Positions 17,807-27,484 are shown, numbered from the stretch's first letter. The stretch is DNA of 64,000 nucleotides from Candidatus Omnitrophota bacterium (GCA_014728045.1 WJMH01000012.1:63239-127238), one strand, 5' to 3'. The notes: generated by a model from the letters alone, not told the origin. Program-made: numbers and translations.

Positions 17807-18265
17807 ATGCCAAAAGAAAACACAAGTGTGGTAACTAACCGTCAGGCATACCGCGATTTTCATATAGAGAAGACTTATGAAGCCGGGTTGGAGCTCTTTG
17901 GTAATGAAGTAAAATCCCTGAGGACGGGAAACGCGAACTTAAAGGGTAGTTTCTGCAGGATAGAAGGGGGCGAGATATTCGTTCACAACATGCATATAAG
18001 CCCTTATGACTTCTCTTCCGATGAAACCGACCCTGTGAGGCCGAGAAAGCTCCTGCTGCACCGAGCGCAGATAAGGAGTCTTGGTATAAAGCTCGCGCAG
18101 CAGGGTTATACCCTGGTACCTCTAAAGGTTTATTTCAAGCGGGGGTACGCCAAGATGGAGATAGGGCTCGGCAAGGGTAAGAAACTTTACGATAAAAGGC
18201 AGGCCCTTAAGGAAAAACAGGTAAAGCGCGAAATGGACCGCATAATGCGGCATAAGAGAAGATAG
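17807..18265 (+). CDS. smpB: SsrA-binding protein SmpB
   Basis: Full-length similarity to SmpB ('GNEVKSLRTGNANLKGSFC...', C-terminal basic tail 'KRQALKEKQVKREMDRIMRHKRR'). Confidence 0.9.
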   Translation: MPKENTSVVTNRQAYRDFHIEKTYEAGLELFGNEVKSLRTGNANLKGSFCRIEGGEIFVHNMHISPYDFSSDETDPVRPRKLLLHRAQIRSLGIKLAQQGYTLVPLKVYFKRGYAKMEIGLGKGKKLYDKRQALKEKQVKREMDRIMRHKRR

Positions 18266-18276
18266 CTCTTTGATAT

Positions 18277-18662
18277 GGGGGTGACAGGACTCGACGTGTT
18301 CTTTAGGTCTTGGAGCAGCATGCAGAGGTTCCAGGTGGCCTCTTTAAAAACCTGGAAAACAATAAACGCAGACTACAATCCAGTAGCCGAAGCCGAGTCT
18401 ATCTTGGCTGAGGATGCGTTAAATGTTCCCTCTATGATGGGAACTGGTTCATTAGTTGGCGCCTTGGCCATCTAAATAGGACCTAAACTAACAAGGACTG
18501 CTGTAGTGATTTCTCCTAGCTTCAGCCAGTATCAGGAGAATGCTCCCGGAAGGTTCCCCGTCTATCGGGTCTTCCCGGAAAAGATCAATAGGTAGACTAA
18601 GCATGTAGATACTCCTCGGTCAAAGTTCCCGGACCCGGGTTCGAATCCCGGCACCTCCACCA
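18277..18662 (+). ncRNA. ssrA: tmRNA (ssrA)
   Basis: 5' GGGGGUGACAGGACUCGACG and 3' GGUUCGAAUCCCGGCACCUCCACCA form a tRNA-like acceptor and T-arm. Resume codon GCA lies about 95 nt from the 5' end. Tag ORF runs to UAA at 18476-18478. Immediately follows smpB. Confidence 0.85.
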
Positions 18663-18709
18663 ATTTTTCCAAGCATAAAGCCGATTTCCATCAGGGAGTC
18701 GGCTTTTTT
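18644..18709 (+). repeat. 66-bp direct repeat, copy 1 (tmRNA 3' end plus terminator)
   Basis: Identical to 20207-20272 ('AATCCCGGCACCTCCACCAATTTTTCCAAGCATAAAGCCGATTTCCATCAGGGAGTCGGCTTTTTT'). Confidence 0.85.
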
Positions 18710-18710
18710 A
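18676..18710 (+). terminator. intrinsic terminator of ssrA
   Basis: AAGCCGA-N14-TCGGCTT followed by T6. A second copy sits at 20239-20272 inside the downstream repeat. Confidence 0.6.
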
Positions 18711-20206
18711 TAAATCATTATAACGATGTATGCATAATTACGCATTTTACGTAATCCTGGGGATGCAGGTTAGGACTTGAGGGGTGAACAAAAATGGAGT
18801 GTATTCCAAATTAGTTGATCTATTTTGGAAATAATCGAGATTAGATATGCTGGATCGCTTTTTATGCGGAAAAAACAAGTAAATCTTGCATTTTTATAAG
18901 TTTTAAGTATACTTAAAATATATATAAAAAATAAAGGAGTTTTAAGTATGATTAAAGAATATATTAAAAGAAAACACTATCTTGATAAGGTTTCTTCTTT
19001 TATTGATAAAGATATCATTAAGGTGATCGTCGGACAGCGCCGAGTAGGGAAAAGTTACTTGTTATACCAGATAATGGATATCATCAGGGATAAAGGTGTG
19101 AAAGCCGGAAATATAATTTATATAAATAAAGAACTACATGATTTCGATGATATTAATACTTATAAAGACCTTTTGGAGTACATAGAGGGAAGGATAAAAA
19201 ATAAAAGAAAACATTATGTTTTTCTTGATGAGGTTCAGGAAATAGAAAAATTTGAAAAAGCTTTGGAAAGTATGCAGGCCTCAGGCAAGTATGATATTTA
19301 CTGCACAGGCAGTAACGCGAATCTACTTTCCGGTGAATTGGCTACTCACCTTAGCGGGCGATATGTCGAAATTAAAGTTTATGGTCTTTCATATCCTGAA
19401 TTCCTTAATTTTCATAAATTGAATAATGATCAGGAATCTCTTTTAAAGTACATCAGGTACGGTGGCCTTCCGTTCTTGATCAATCTGGAGTTCAAGGATG
19501 AGATCATCTATGAATACCTTAAGAATATTTACAGTACGATCCTTTTCAAGGACATCGTGAAAAGACATTCGATACGGAATGTAGCATTCTTAGAACGCCT
19601 GGTTGAATATCTGGCCGATAATACGGGTTCTTTGGTTTCGGCGAAAAGCATAAGTGATTTTTTAAAATCCCAGAAGATAAAACTTTCCCCCAATATTGTA
19701 TTGGATTACTTATCCTTCTTATCGTCTGCTTTTTTTGTGTTTAAAGTCCAAAGGTCTGATGTAGCAGGCAAAAAGATATTTGAGATCGGCGAAAAATATT
19801 ATTTCGAAGATCTTGGGTTAAGACATTCTGTAGTCGGATATAAACAGGTAGATATCAATAAAGTCCTGGAAAATCTTGTTTTTCTTCATCTAAAGATCTC
19901 CGGATACAAGATAACTGTGGGAAAGTTAAAAGATAAAGAAATCGATTTTGTATGCACTAGAGGCGGGGAAAAGTTATATGTACAGGTAGCATATCTAATA
20001 GATAGCCAGAAGATCATAGACAGGGAATTCGGAAATCTTTTAAAAATAGAAGATAATTATCCGAAACTTGTAGTTTCAATGGACGAGGTGGGGGGAGATA
20101 AATACAAAGGAATTGAGCAGGTTAATATAAGAAAGTTCTTAGGTAGTTTACTTTAGAAAACAGAAAAAACGTGGTGAAATGCCCCAGTTGAGCACGAAAA
20201 TAGGAA
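18710..20206 (+). mobile_element. AT-rich islet inserted at the tmRNA 3' end, bounded by 66-bp direct repeats; no integrase
   Basis: Duplication of the tmRNA terminus and lower GC than the flanks. Single cargo gene. Confidence 0.5.
18948..20156 (+). CDS. AAA-family ATPase with C-terminal DUF4143 (COG1373-type)
   Basis: Walker A 'GQRRVGKSYLL'. Walker B 'VFLDEVQ'. C-terminal block '...KEIDFVCTRGGEKLYVQVAY...' resembling DUF4143, possibly a PD-(D/E)xK-like fold. Confidence 0.7.
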   Translation: MIKEYIKRKHYLDKVSSFIDKDIIKVIVGQRRVGKSYLLYQIMDIIRDKGVKAGNIIYINKELHDFDDINTYKDLLEYIEGRIKNKRKHYVFLDEVQEIEKFEKALESMQASGKYDIYCTGSNANLLSGELATHLSGRYVEIKVYGLSYPEFLNFHKLNNDQESLLKYIRYGGLPFLINLEFKDEIIYEYLKNIYSTILFKDIVKRHSIRNVAFLERLVEYLADNTGSLVSAKSISDFLKSQKIKLSPNIVLDYLSFLSSAFFVFKVQRSDVAGKKIFEIGEKYYFEDLGLRHSVVGYKQVDINKVLENLVFLHLKISGYKITVGKLKDKEIDFVCTRGGEKLYVQVAYLIDSQKIIDREFGNLLKIEDNYPKLVVSMDEVGGDKYKGIEQVNIRKFLGSLL

Positions 20207-20272
20207 AATCCCGGCACCTCCACCAATTTTTCCAAGCATAAAGCCGATTTCCATCAGGGAGTCGGCTTTTTT
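20207..20272 (+). repeat. 66-bp direct repeat, copy 2
   Basis: Identical to 18644-18709. Confidence 0.85.
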
Positions 20273-20351
20273 CTGTATATTATTAGTGCGCGCAAAGATC
20301 CAACAGCCATCGGGCGGATACAAGAAACAAATGGCGTTAGCTCCGTGAAAG

Positions 20352-21980
20352 ATGTTATACTTATATGACATGAAAAGCGGCAGAAGATTGTTGTTCCAGT
20401 TCCTCGTAATAACGCTTATCTATCTCGTGTTCGCTTTACCTAAGATGGATCAGCCGGTCACTGATGATGAGATCTACGAAATAAATAATGTCCGGCTTAT
20501 CATTGCCGGGGAAAAACCCGTAGAGTTCATTCCTTCGATTTACAACTGGGCGCTTGTTCCTTTTGTGAGGGGCTTCAACGAGCGGGTTCTGTCCGTCAGG
20601 ATGCTGGGATTATTGTGCGCATTTGCCTCTTTGGGACTTCTTCTGGTCCTTGCCAGAGGAGTCTTCGGAGAACATGATCCCAGGGTCATGGCCGCGGGCG
20701 TGTTCCTGGCCACGAGCCCCTTGTTCGTTCAGGGCAGTCTGCTCGTCCATGTTGACAGCACGTTGCTCGTAACGGCGGTTTTGTTATGGATGGTATGCCT
20801 GACGGAATTTCTGGAGGGGGGCACATTTATCCGGCGGCTCCTTCTTCTCGCGTCACTGACATTCACGCTTTTGTGCAAGTTCAGCACGCCACTATTGATA
20901 CTTCCGTTCACCCTGGGCTTTGTGTTTCTGAAAAGAAGAAAACTATTTTTCAATTATTTCCTGATCTGCGTGTTGTCGGTGTTCTCATTCTGTGCTTTAT
21001 GGTGGCTTCTCTGCCAGTTGAACACGCTTTCCTTCGGCGCTCCCTTCATCGGACTTCTTGAAAGGGGCAGGATGTATTTATCCGCGGCGGGACTTAAAAC
21101 CATACTTAATAACATGGTGATATTCTGCGCGTGGGCCTCGCCGTATCTGGTGATCGGTTCGTTTTTAATGGTTCTCTCGCTCATTAGGGATCACCCCCTC
21201 ATCAGAGACAAGCTTCTTCTTGTCGGTATTACGGCTTGTTCTATTCTGCTATATCTTGCAGTAAGCCCTATAAACCATGGATTCCCCAAATATATCCTTC
21301 CGGGGATACCTCTTATAGGCTTATTCCTCTCCGGGAATTATCTGAGAGGTATCGGCCGGGAGCGATCCAAATACCTCGCTTTGCTTCTGGGGTGCGCGGC
21401 GTATTTGATAATGATGCAGTACGATCCCGTATATCTCATAAGATTCAAATTAAGGGACATTCTGGCTTATGGAGGCGGAACGGGCATATTATACGGGCAG
21501 CTCTTTTGGCAGTCTTTGGTGTATTTGCTGCCGCTGCTTTTGTTTTTCTTTTTACGTAGGCGCATTAGGGTTCCTTTGGGCGCGGCTCTGGTCATTTTAA
21601 TAATATCCTTTAATGTTTCACTCGCGTCAAAACAGGCCCTGGCCCGGTATCAGACCAATTACAGCTATGGACAGGAGGGAGCAGAAGAACTTGAGGCTTT
21701 TCTTGATAAGAATGTGCGTGAAAGAGACAAGATAATTGCAACAAAAGAGGTGCTTTATCTCTTGGGTCGGACAGATAGTTTTTATTCGGTCAGCTTCTGG
21801 AGAAACCCTGAAGACTTTTTAGATGCCCTCAAAAGATCCCGATTCCTGGTCGTAAGCACACCTTCCCACAGCATGTATTTTTTCAGAAATGTCCTGAATG
21901 CTCCCGAAGTGCGGGATTACCTGGATAAGAACTATCGCGTTAAACGGATGGGCACTTTCATTATATACCAGAGAAGATAA
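20352..21980 (+). CDS. polytopic membrane protein, probable ArnT/PMT-like glycosyltransferase
   Basis: About 12 TM helices. N-terminal 'PKMDQPVTDDEIYEINNV' loop resembles the DE-x-Y motif of GT39/GT83. C-terminal soluble domain. Confidence 0.4.
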   Translation: MLYLYDMKSGRRLLFQFLVITLIYLVFALPKMDQPVTDDEIYEINNVRLIIAGEKPVEFIPSIYNWALVPFVRGFNERVLSVRMLGLLCAFASLGLLLVLARGVFGEHDPRVMAAGVFLATSPLFVQGSLLVHVDSTLLVTAVLLWMVCLTEFLEGGTFIRRLLLLASLTFTLLCKFSTPLLILPFTLGFVFLKRRKLFFNYFLICVLSVFSFCALWWLLCQLNTLSFGAPFIGLLERGRMYLSAAGLKTILNNMVIFCAWASPYLVIGSFLMVLSLIRDHPLIRDKLLLVGITACSILLYLAVSPINHGFPKYILPGIPLIGLFLSGNYLRGIGRERSKYLALLLGCAAYLIMMQYDPVYLIRFKLRDILAYGGGTGILYGQLFWQSLVYLLPLLLFFFLRRRIRVPLGAALVILIISFNVSLASKQALARYQTNYSYGQEGAEELEAFLDKNVRERDKIIATKEVLYLLGRTDSFYSVSFWRNPEDFLDALKRSRFLVVSTPSHSMYFFRNVLNAPEVRDYLDKNYRVKRMGTFIIYQRR

Positions 21981-22268
21981 ATAAGCAGCATTCAGATACT
22001 GACCGGCAAACAGGATTTTTGCTTTCATATTTATACATACCCCGGGTTATTTTGACTATTGATATAAAAGTGGAAAAAAGTCAGTGAAAAGGGGAATTAA
22101 GCACTTTGTTATCAATATTCACTTCAAATATACTGGTTATATAATAATACGACAATATACGAACATGTGCCTCCGGCAACTACTTGCGTAGGGGAGTGAT
22201 TTTTGAGGGGCCATGGGAAGAGGAGATAATATGCTTGATCTGAACAAGAAGATCATGAAGCCCGAAAA

Positions 22269-24320
22269 GTGCCTGAGGTGTTCAAAGTGAACATGAGAAT
22301 GAGCATAAGGAAAAAACTGGCGATCTTGATCCTGACAGCGATTCTCTTGACCACGGGAACGGGTATCGGTTTAGGTTATTTCTTCGGTTTCAGGCTTTTG
22401 CGGAATACCATAGCCATGGATTACGTTAAGATGTCCGATCTTCTCAGCGAACATATGAGCCTTAAGATCAACGACCTGGTAAAGGAAATGACCGTATATT
22501 TATCAGCGCCCCAGATGATCCGTCAGATAAAGGAAACGAACAGGCAATACACGGACGGGGATTCAACTGACAAGATGTTCGCATATATGGACAAGCAGTG
22601 GCAGTTAGTTCCGGAAGATGACACATTTTTCCAGCGTTACATAAGTAGCGAAACAGGGACGGAACTTAAAGTCATAACGCAGAAGGATCCCGAACTGGAG
22701 GAAGTGCTGCTAACCGACAGAAAAGGCGGACTGGTCGCATCTTCGGGCATAACGAGCGATTTTTATCAGGGTGATGAAACTTGGTGGCAGAAAGCTTTTT
22801 CCGGCGGAGAGGGCAAGGTTTTCATAGAGGGCATTACCTACGATGAGTCGGTCGGCAAACTGGCGCTTTCGATAGCGATCCCGCTGAAAGAGGGGAAAGA
22901 ACTCCTAGGTGTCGCCAAGGTGGTGGTAAATTCGAAAAGATTCCTTGAACCCCTGGAAAGATTCCACATAGGGAAGACGGGTCACGCGGTTCTGACGGAT
23001 GATGAGGGTGTTATCATATACCACATTGGCATGGAGCCTTTTGAGAACAGGATTTTGGATGAGAAAGCATTCCGAAAGTTTGTTTCCACTCCCCAGAAGT
23101 GGGCGGTGATACGCTCACCGCATATCCACGAAAGAGATATGCTCTTGGCTTTTTCCAGGATCGATAACAGCTATCTGGAGCAAAGCGGCCTGGGGCTGAT
23201 AATACTGATCGACAAGGAAACGCGTGAAGCCTATATGCCATTGCGCAAACTTATTCTGCAGATGTTCCTTGTCACGGGTATGTTGATCCTTTTTTGGATA
23301 CCTCTCGGACTTCTTTTCGGGAACTTCCTCGTCAAACCCTTAAGAAAACTCCATGAAGCTACCGAACATGTTCAAAGAGGGGAAATGGACTACCCGATAC
23401 ACGTAAGAACCGGTGATGAGATAGAACAGCTTGCCAGTTCCTTCAAGTACATGGTATCAAGGATAAGGGCCAGGGAAAGTGAACTTAAGGATGTTAACGA
23501 GTCCCTGGAGCAAAAAATAGAGGACAGGACGCATGAACTCAAAAGATCCCAGCAGAAATTGCAACAGAAGAACAAGGAGCTTGAGGAGAAGGTGAAAGAG
23601 CTGGAGCAGACCCAGAAGATGCTGGTCCAGACCGAGAAACTTTCTTCTCTGGGAAAGCTCATCGGCGAAATGGCCCATGAGGTCAATAACCCCCTGCAGG
23701 CGATATACGGCAGGGCCCAGCTTTCTCTCATGGAGGAGATAGAGAGTGATCAGCTCAAAAAAAACTTCAAGATCATAGAAGAGCAGTGTTCCCGGGCCAA
23801 GGATATCATTAGGCGCCTTTTGGATTTTTCCAAGCCTTCAAAAGGAGAAACGACCCAGATAAATATAACTGATGTCATGGAAGATACGCTGAAACTGATA
23901 GAGCACCAGTATTCGCTTGAGAACGTGAACATTAAAAAAAACTATTCATCAGAAGACCTGCAGGTGGAGGTGGACAAGAACCAGATAGAGGAGGTATTCT
24001 TCAACATAGTGAAGAATTCCTCCGAAGCGATGGATAGGGGAGGGGACATAGCGGTAACCACCACTAAAGAAGGCGATATGGCGCGTGTCGAAATACGGGA
24101 TACCGGGCCGGGCATGTCCGATGATGAGCTCGAAAAGATATTTGACCCCTTTTATACTACCAAGGAGAAGGGGACCGGTCTGGGGCTTTCCATCTGTTTC
24201 GGTATAGTGAAGGATCACGGTGGTAACCTTAAATATGAGAGTGAACCCGGCAAGGGAACAACGGCCACAGTCTTTTTGCCGCTGAAAGGGAAAAGTCATG
24301 AAGAGAATACTTCTGGTTGA
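22269..24320 (+). CDS. sensor histidine kinase (periplasmic Cache-like sensor, HAMP, coiled coil, HisKA, HATPase_c)
   Basis: Two TM helices flank about 290 aa of periplasmic domain. H-box 'HEVNNPL'. N, G1 and G2 boxes ('DTGPGM', 'GTGLGL'). The true start may be the ATG at 22293. Confidence 0.85.
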   Translation: MPEVFKVNMRMSIRKKLAILILTAILLTTGTGIGLGYFFGFRLLRNTIAMDYVKMSDLLSEHMSLKINDLVKEMTVYLSAPQMIRQIKETNRQYTDGDSTDKMFAYMDKQWQLVPEDDTFFQRYISSETGTELKVITQKDPELEEVLLTDRKGGLVASSGITSDFYQGDETWWQKAFSGGEGKVFIEGITYDESVGKLALSIAIPLKEGKELLGVAKVVVNSKRFLEPLERFHIGKTGHAVLTDDEGVIIYHIGMEPFENRILDEKAFRKFVSTPQKWAVIRSPHIHERDMLLAFSRIDNSYLEQSGLGLIILIDKETREAYMPLRKLILQMFLVTGMLILFWIPLGLLFGNFLVKPLRKLHEATEHVQRGEMDYPIHVRTGDEIEQLASSFKYMVSRIRARESELKDVNESLEQKIEDRTHELKRSQQKLQQKNKELEEKVKELEQTQKMLVQTEKLSSLGKLIGEMAHEVNNPLQAIYGRAQLSLMEEIESDQLKKNFKIIEEQCSRAKDIIRRLLDFSKPSKGETTQINITDVMEDTLKLIEHQYSLENVNIKKNYSSEDLQVEVDKNQIEEVFFNIVKNSSEAMDRGGDIAVTTTKEGDMARVEIRDTGPGMSDDELEKIFDPFYTTKEKGTGLGLSICFGIVKDHGGNLKYESEPGKGTTATVFLPLKGKSHEENTSG

Positions 24321-24666
24321 TGATGAGAAACAGATCCTGGAGACCATGCGCAGATTCCTGGAGAAGAAGGGTTTCGAGACAGTGACCGCTTCCAGCGGGA
24401 AGGAGGCGCTGGAGGTAGTGGATTCCGGAGAGAAGCCCGATGTGGGGGTCTTTGACATAAAGATGCCGGGGATGAACGGTTTTGAATGCCTGAAGAAGAT
24501 CAGGGAAAAGGGTATTGATTTTCCTGTGATATTCCTGACGGGCTCGCTTAACAAGATGGCGCATATGGATGAGCTTAGAGCTGTCGGGTGTACTACCGAA
24601 GACATGGTGCACAAGCCCATAGACATGAACGTAATCATGGAAGAGATAAACAAAAAAACTGGTTAA
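24298..24666 (+). CDS. single-domain response regulator (receiver only)
   Basis: 'ILLVDDE', phospho-acceptor 'VFDIKMPGMNG', 'FLTG'. Overlaps the kinase stop. Confidence 0.8.
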   Translation: MKRILLVDDEKQILETMRRFLEKKGFETVTASSGKEALEVVDSGEKPDVGVFDIKMPGMNGFECLKKIREKGIDFPVIFLTGSLNKMAHMDELRAVGCTTEDMVHKPIDMNVIMEEINKKTG

Positions 24667-24674
24667 AAAGGGAG

Positions 24675-25052
24675 ATGGAAAAGATGAAGGCGAAGATACT
24701 TGTTGTCGATGACGAAAAAACCATCCGGGATATACTGGAAACCTTTCTTGAGAAAAAAGGGTATGAAGTGGCCACCGCCGCAACAGCGGAGGAATGCCTG
24801 GAGAAGCTCAAGAACGAGAAGCCTAAGATAATACTTCTGGACATAAGGCTGCCGGGCATGAGCGGGGTAGAGGCCATAAAGAAGATACGCCGGATCGACG
24901 AAAATGTCGGGGTGATCATGGCAACGGCCGTGCTTGACGAGGAAGTCGCGAAAAAGACCATCGAAATGGGCGCAGCCGACTATATCGTGAAGCCCTTTGA
25001 TCTTGATTACCTGGAAAAGACGCTCACTGTTAAACTGGCCAGCATGGTCTAG
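24675..25052 (+). CDS. single-domain response regulator (receiver only)
   Basis: 'ILVVDDEK', 'LLDIRLPGMSG', 'IMATA'. Start taken at 'MEKMKAKIL'; the ORF track begins upstream at 24588. Confidence 0.8.
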   Translation: MEKMKAKILVVDDEKTIRDILETFLEKKGYEVATAATAEECLEKLKNEKPKIILLDIRLPGMSGVEAIKKIRRIDENVGVIMATAVLDEEVAKKTIEMGAADYIVKPFDLDYLEKTLTVKLASMV

Positions 25053-25208
25053 AGGCCACTCGAGGACGAGGCGAATCGCGTTTTTCGGATAAAAGTGATC
25101 AGAATGGACTTACCGGACGGACTTTATATAAATAGCATGGAAATCCGGGATCTCTTGGGGTGAGGAGAAGTTGTATTTGTTTTTTTGTGATGAACTTGAG
25201 GAGTTAAA

Positions 25209-27350
25209 ATGAGTGAAAAAGTAAAAGATCCTGTATGCGGCATGGAAATAGAGAAAAAAGAGGCTGTGAAGGCGGAAAAAGATGAGAAGACATATTACTT
25301 CTGCAGCGAGGACTGTAAGAAAGCTTTTTTGTCCGAAGGGGAAGAAGGCGGATCTGGTAAAGGGCACCAGCATCATGGAGAAGGTGACCACGCTTCGCAC
25401 CACGCCCATATGGTGAAGGACTTCCGGAAAAGATTCTGGATCTCGCTGGGAGCGAGTGTGCCCGTACTGGTCTTATCGCCCCTGATCCAGTCGTTCCTGG
25501 GATACAGCTTGGAATTCACGGGTGATTCTTTAGTCCTTCTCGGCATTTCGACGTTCATTTATTTTTACGGCGGCTGGCCTTTTTTGAAGGGGCTTTTTGA
25601 CGAATTCAGGAAAAGACAGCCGGGTATGATGACCCTGATAGCTCTTGCCGTTTCGGTCGCTTACTTTTACAGCGCATCGGTGGTTCTGGGCGTGAGGGGC
25701 AAGGTCTTTTTCTGGGAGCTGGTGACCCTGATCGATGTAATGCTCCTGGGCCACTGGATAGAGATGCGGTCGGTAATGGGCGCTTCAAAAGCCCTTGAGG
25801 AATTGGCCAAGCTTATGCCCCAGGAAGCCCATCGCCTGGAAGAGGGAGATTCAACGGAGGACGTTAAGATAGCGGAACTTGAAAAGGGTGACAAAGTGCT
25901 TGTCAAGCCCGGGGAAAAGGTGCCGGTTGACGGAAAGGTCCTGGAGGGCTCTTCCGACGTCAATGAAGCTATGCTTACCGGCGAATCTAAACCCGTTGAC
26001 AAAAAGAAGGGGGATAAGGTGATGGGAGGGTCCGTCAACGGAAGCGGTTCCCTCACTGTCAAGGTGGAGAAGACCGGCGAGGACTCCTATCTTTCTCAGG
26101 TCGTTGATATGGTTAAAAAGGCCAGCGAAAGTAAATCCAGGGCTCAGGGTTTCGCCGACAAGGCCGCTTTCTGGCTTACCGTGATAGCCATAACCGCCGG
26201 GGTGTTAACACTGGCCGGCTGGCTTATCTACGGCAAGGAATTCGTTTTTGCTCTTGAACGCATGGTGACGGTGATGGTCATTACCTGTCCCCACGCTCTG
26301 GGGCTTGCCATACCGCTGGTGATAGCGGTCATAACCGGGATCTCCGCGAGTAACGGTCTTCTTATCAGGAACAGGACGCAGTTCGAATCGGCAAAAGACC
26401 TCCAGATGATAGTTTTTGACAAGACCGGAACGCTTACAAAGGGCCAGTTCGGTGTCTCCGATATTGTTTCCGTCGGCGAGTGGGACGAGAATGATCTCTT
26501 GGCCAGGGCGGGCGCAATTGAAGTGAACTCCGAGCATACGATAGCCCGGGGTATAGTGAATAAGACCAAAGAGAAGGAGCTTTCGCTGGAAAAGGCTGAA
26601 AAGTTCAAGGCCCTTCCGGGCAAAGGGGCCAAAGCCCTCGTCTCCGGAGAGGAGATCTATGTGGGTAACAGGGGTGTCCTCAAAGAAGCCGGAGCAGATC
26701 CGGGAAAGGCCGATAAAGAAGCTGAGCGGCTGGCCTCGGAGGGTAAGACAGTGGTATTGGTCGCCTCCGGCGGAAATGTGCAGGGAGTGATAGCGCTTTC
26801 TGACGAAATAAGGGAAGGCTCCAGGGACGCGGTAAAGGCCCTGAAAGAACGCGGGCTGGAAGTGGCGATGATCACCGGGGACAATGAACAGACCGCAAGT
26901 TACGTTGCCGGCGAACTGGGTCTGGATGATTATTTTGCAGAGGTCCTGCCGGATAAAAAATCCGAGAAGATAAAAGAGCTGCAAGATCGGGGCAAGATGG
27001 TAGCAATGGTCGGTGACGGCGTTAATGACGCTCCCGCGCTGGCTCAGGCCGATGTAGGTATAGCAATAGGCGCGGGTACGGATGTCGCGGTGGAGTCGGC
27101 CGATATCGTGCTAGTTGAGAGCGATCCGGGAAGTGTTCTTGATATCCTTTCGCTGTCGCGCATTGCACGGAGAAAAACAGTGCAGAACCTGGCGTGGGCT
27201 ACCGGTTATAATATTTTCGCTATTCCGCTCGCCGCCGGAGTTCTTTACGGGTACGGCATAATACTGCCGCCGGCTGTCGGCGCGCTTATCATGTCTATGA
27301 GCACGGTGATAGTCGCGGTCAACGCCAAACTCGTTTCATTCAATAAATGA
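25209..27350 (+). CDS. P1B-type heavy-metal ATPase, CopB-like (N-terminal YHS/TRASH domain, His-rich stretch, CPH motif)
   Basis: 'DPVCGMEI...YYFCSEDC' (YHS domain). 'HQHHGEGDHASHHAH'. TM 'CPH'. 'DKTGTLT', 'GDGVNDAPAL'. Confidence 0.85.
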   Translation: MSEKVKDPVCGMEIEKKEAVKAEKDEKTYYFCSEDCKKAFLSEGEEGGSGKGHQHHGEGDHASHHAHMVKDFRKRFWISLGASVPVLVLSPLIQSFLGYSLEFTGDSLVLLGISTFIYFYGGWPFLKGLFDEFRKRQPGMMTLIALAVSVAYFYSASVVLGVRGKVFFWELVTLIDVMLLGHWIEMRSVMGASKALEELAKLMPQEAHRLEEGDSTEDVKIAELEKGDKVLVKPGEKVPVDGKVLEGSSDVNEAMLTGESKPVDKKKGDKVMGGSVNGSGSLTVKVEKTGEDSYLSQVVDMVKKASESKSRAQGFADKAAFWLTVIAITAGVLTLAGWLIYGKEFVFALERMVTVMVITCPHALGLAIPLVIAVITGISASNGLLIRNRTQFESAKDLQMIVFDKTGTLTKGQFGVSDIVSVGEWDENDLLARAGAIEVNSEHTIARGIVNKTKEKELSLEKAEKFKALPGKGAKALVSGEEIYVGNRGVLKEAGADPGKADKEAERLASEGKTVVLVASGGNVQGVIALSDEIREGSRDAVKALKERGLEVAMITGDNEQTASYVAGELGLDDYFAEVLPDKKSEKIKELQDRGKMVAMVGDGVNDAPALAQADVGIAIGAGTDVAVESADIVLVESDPGSVLDILSLSRIARRKTVQNLAWATGYNIFAIPLAAGVLYGYGIILPPAVGALIMSMSTVIVAVNAKLVSFNK

Positions 27351-27484
27351 TATCTGGCCGTACGCGTCACTCGCGAGGTCTGTTCTTACTACATTAAATA
27401 TTTAACTATTTGTTCGGCAGATGATAGAATAAAGCCGCTGTCCGGACCCGAAGGGTCACGTAGTGTTCAAAGGGGTGTTACTGA

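Noticed and set aside
22231-22290. 19-codon ORF (MLDLNKKIMKPEKCLRCSK) with RBS just upstream of the histidine kinase
   Set aside because: It could be a leader peptide, but there is no conservation evidence. It was not called, and the kinase start (22269 vs 22293) is left ambiguous.
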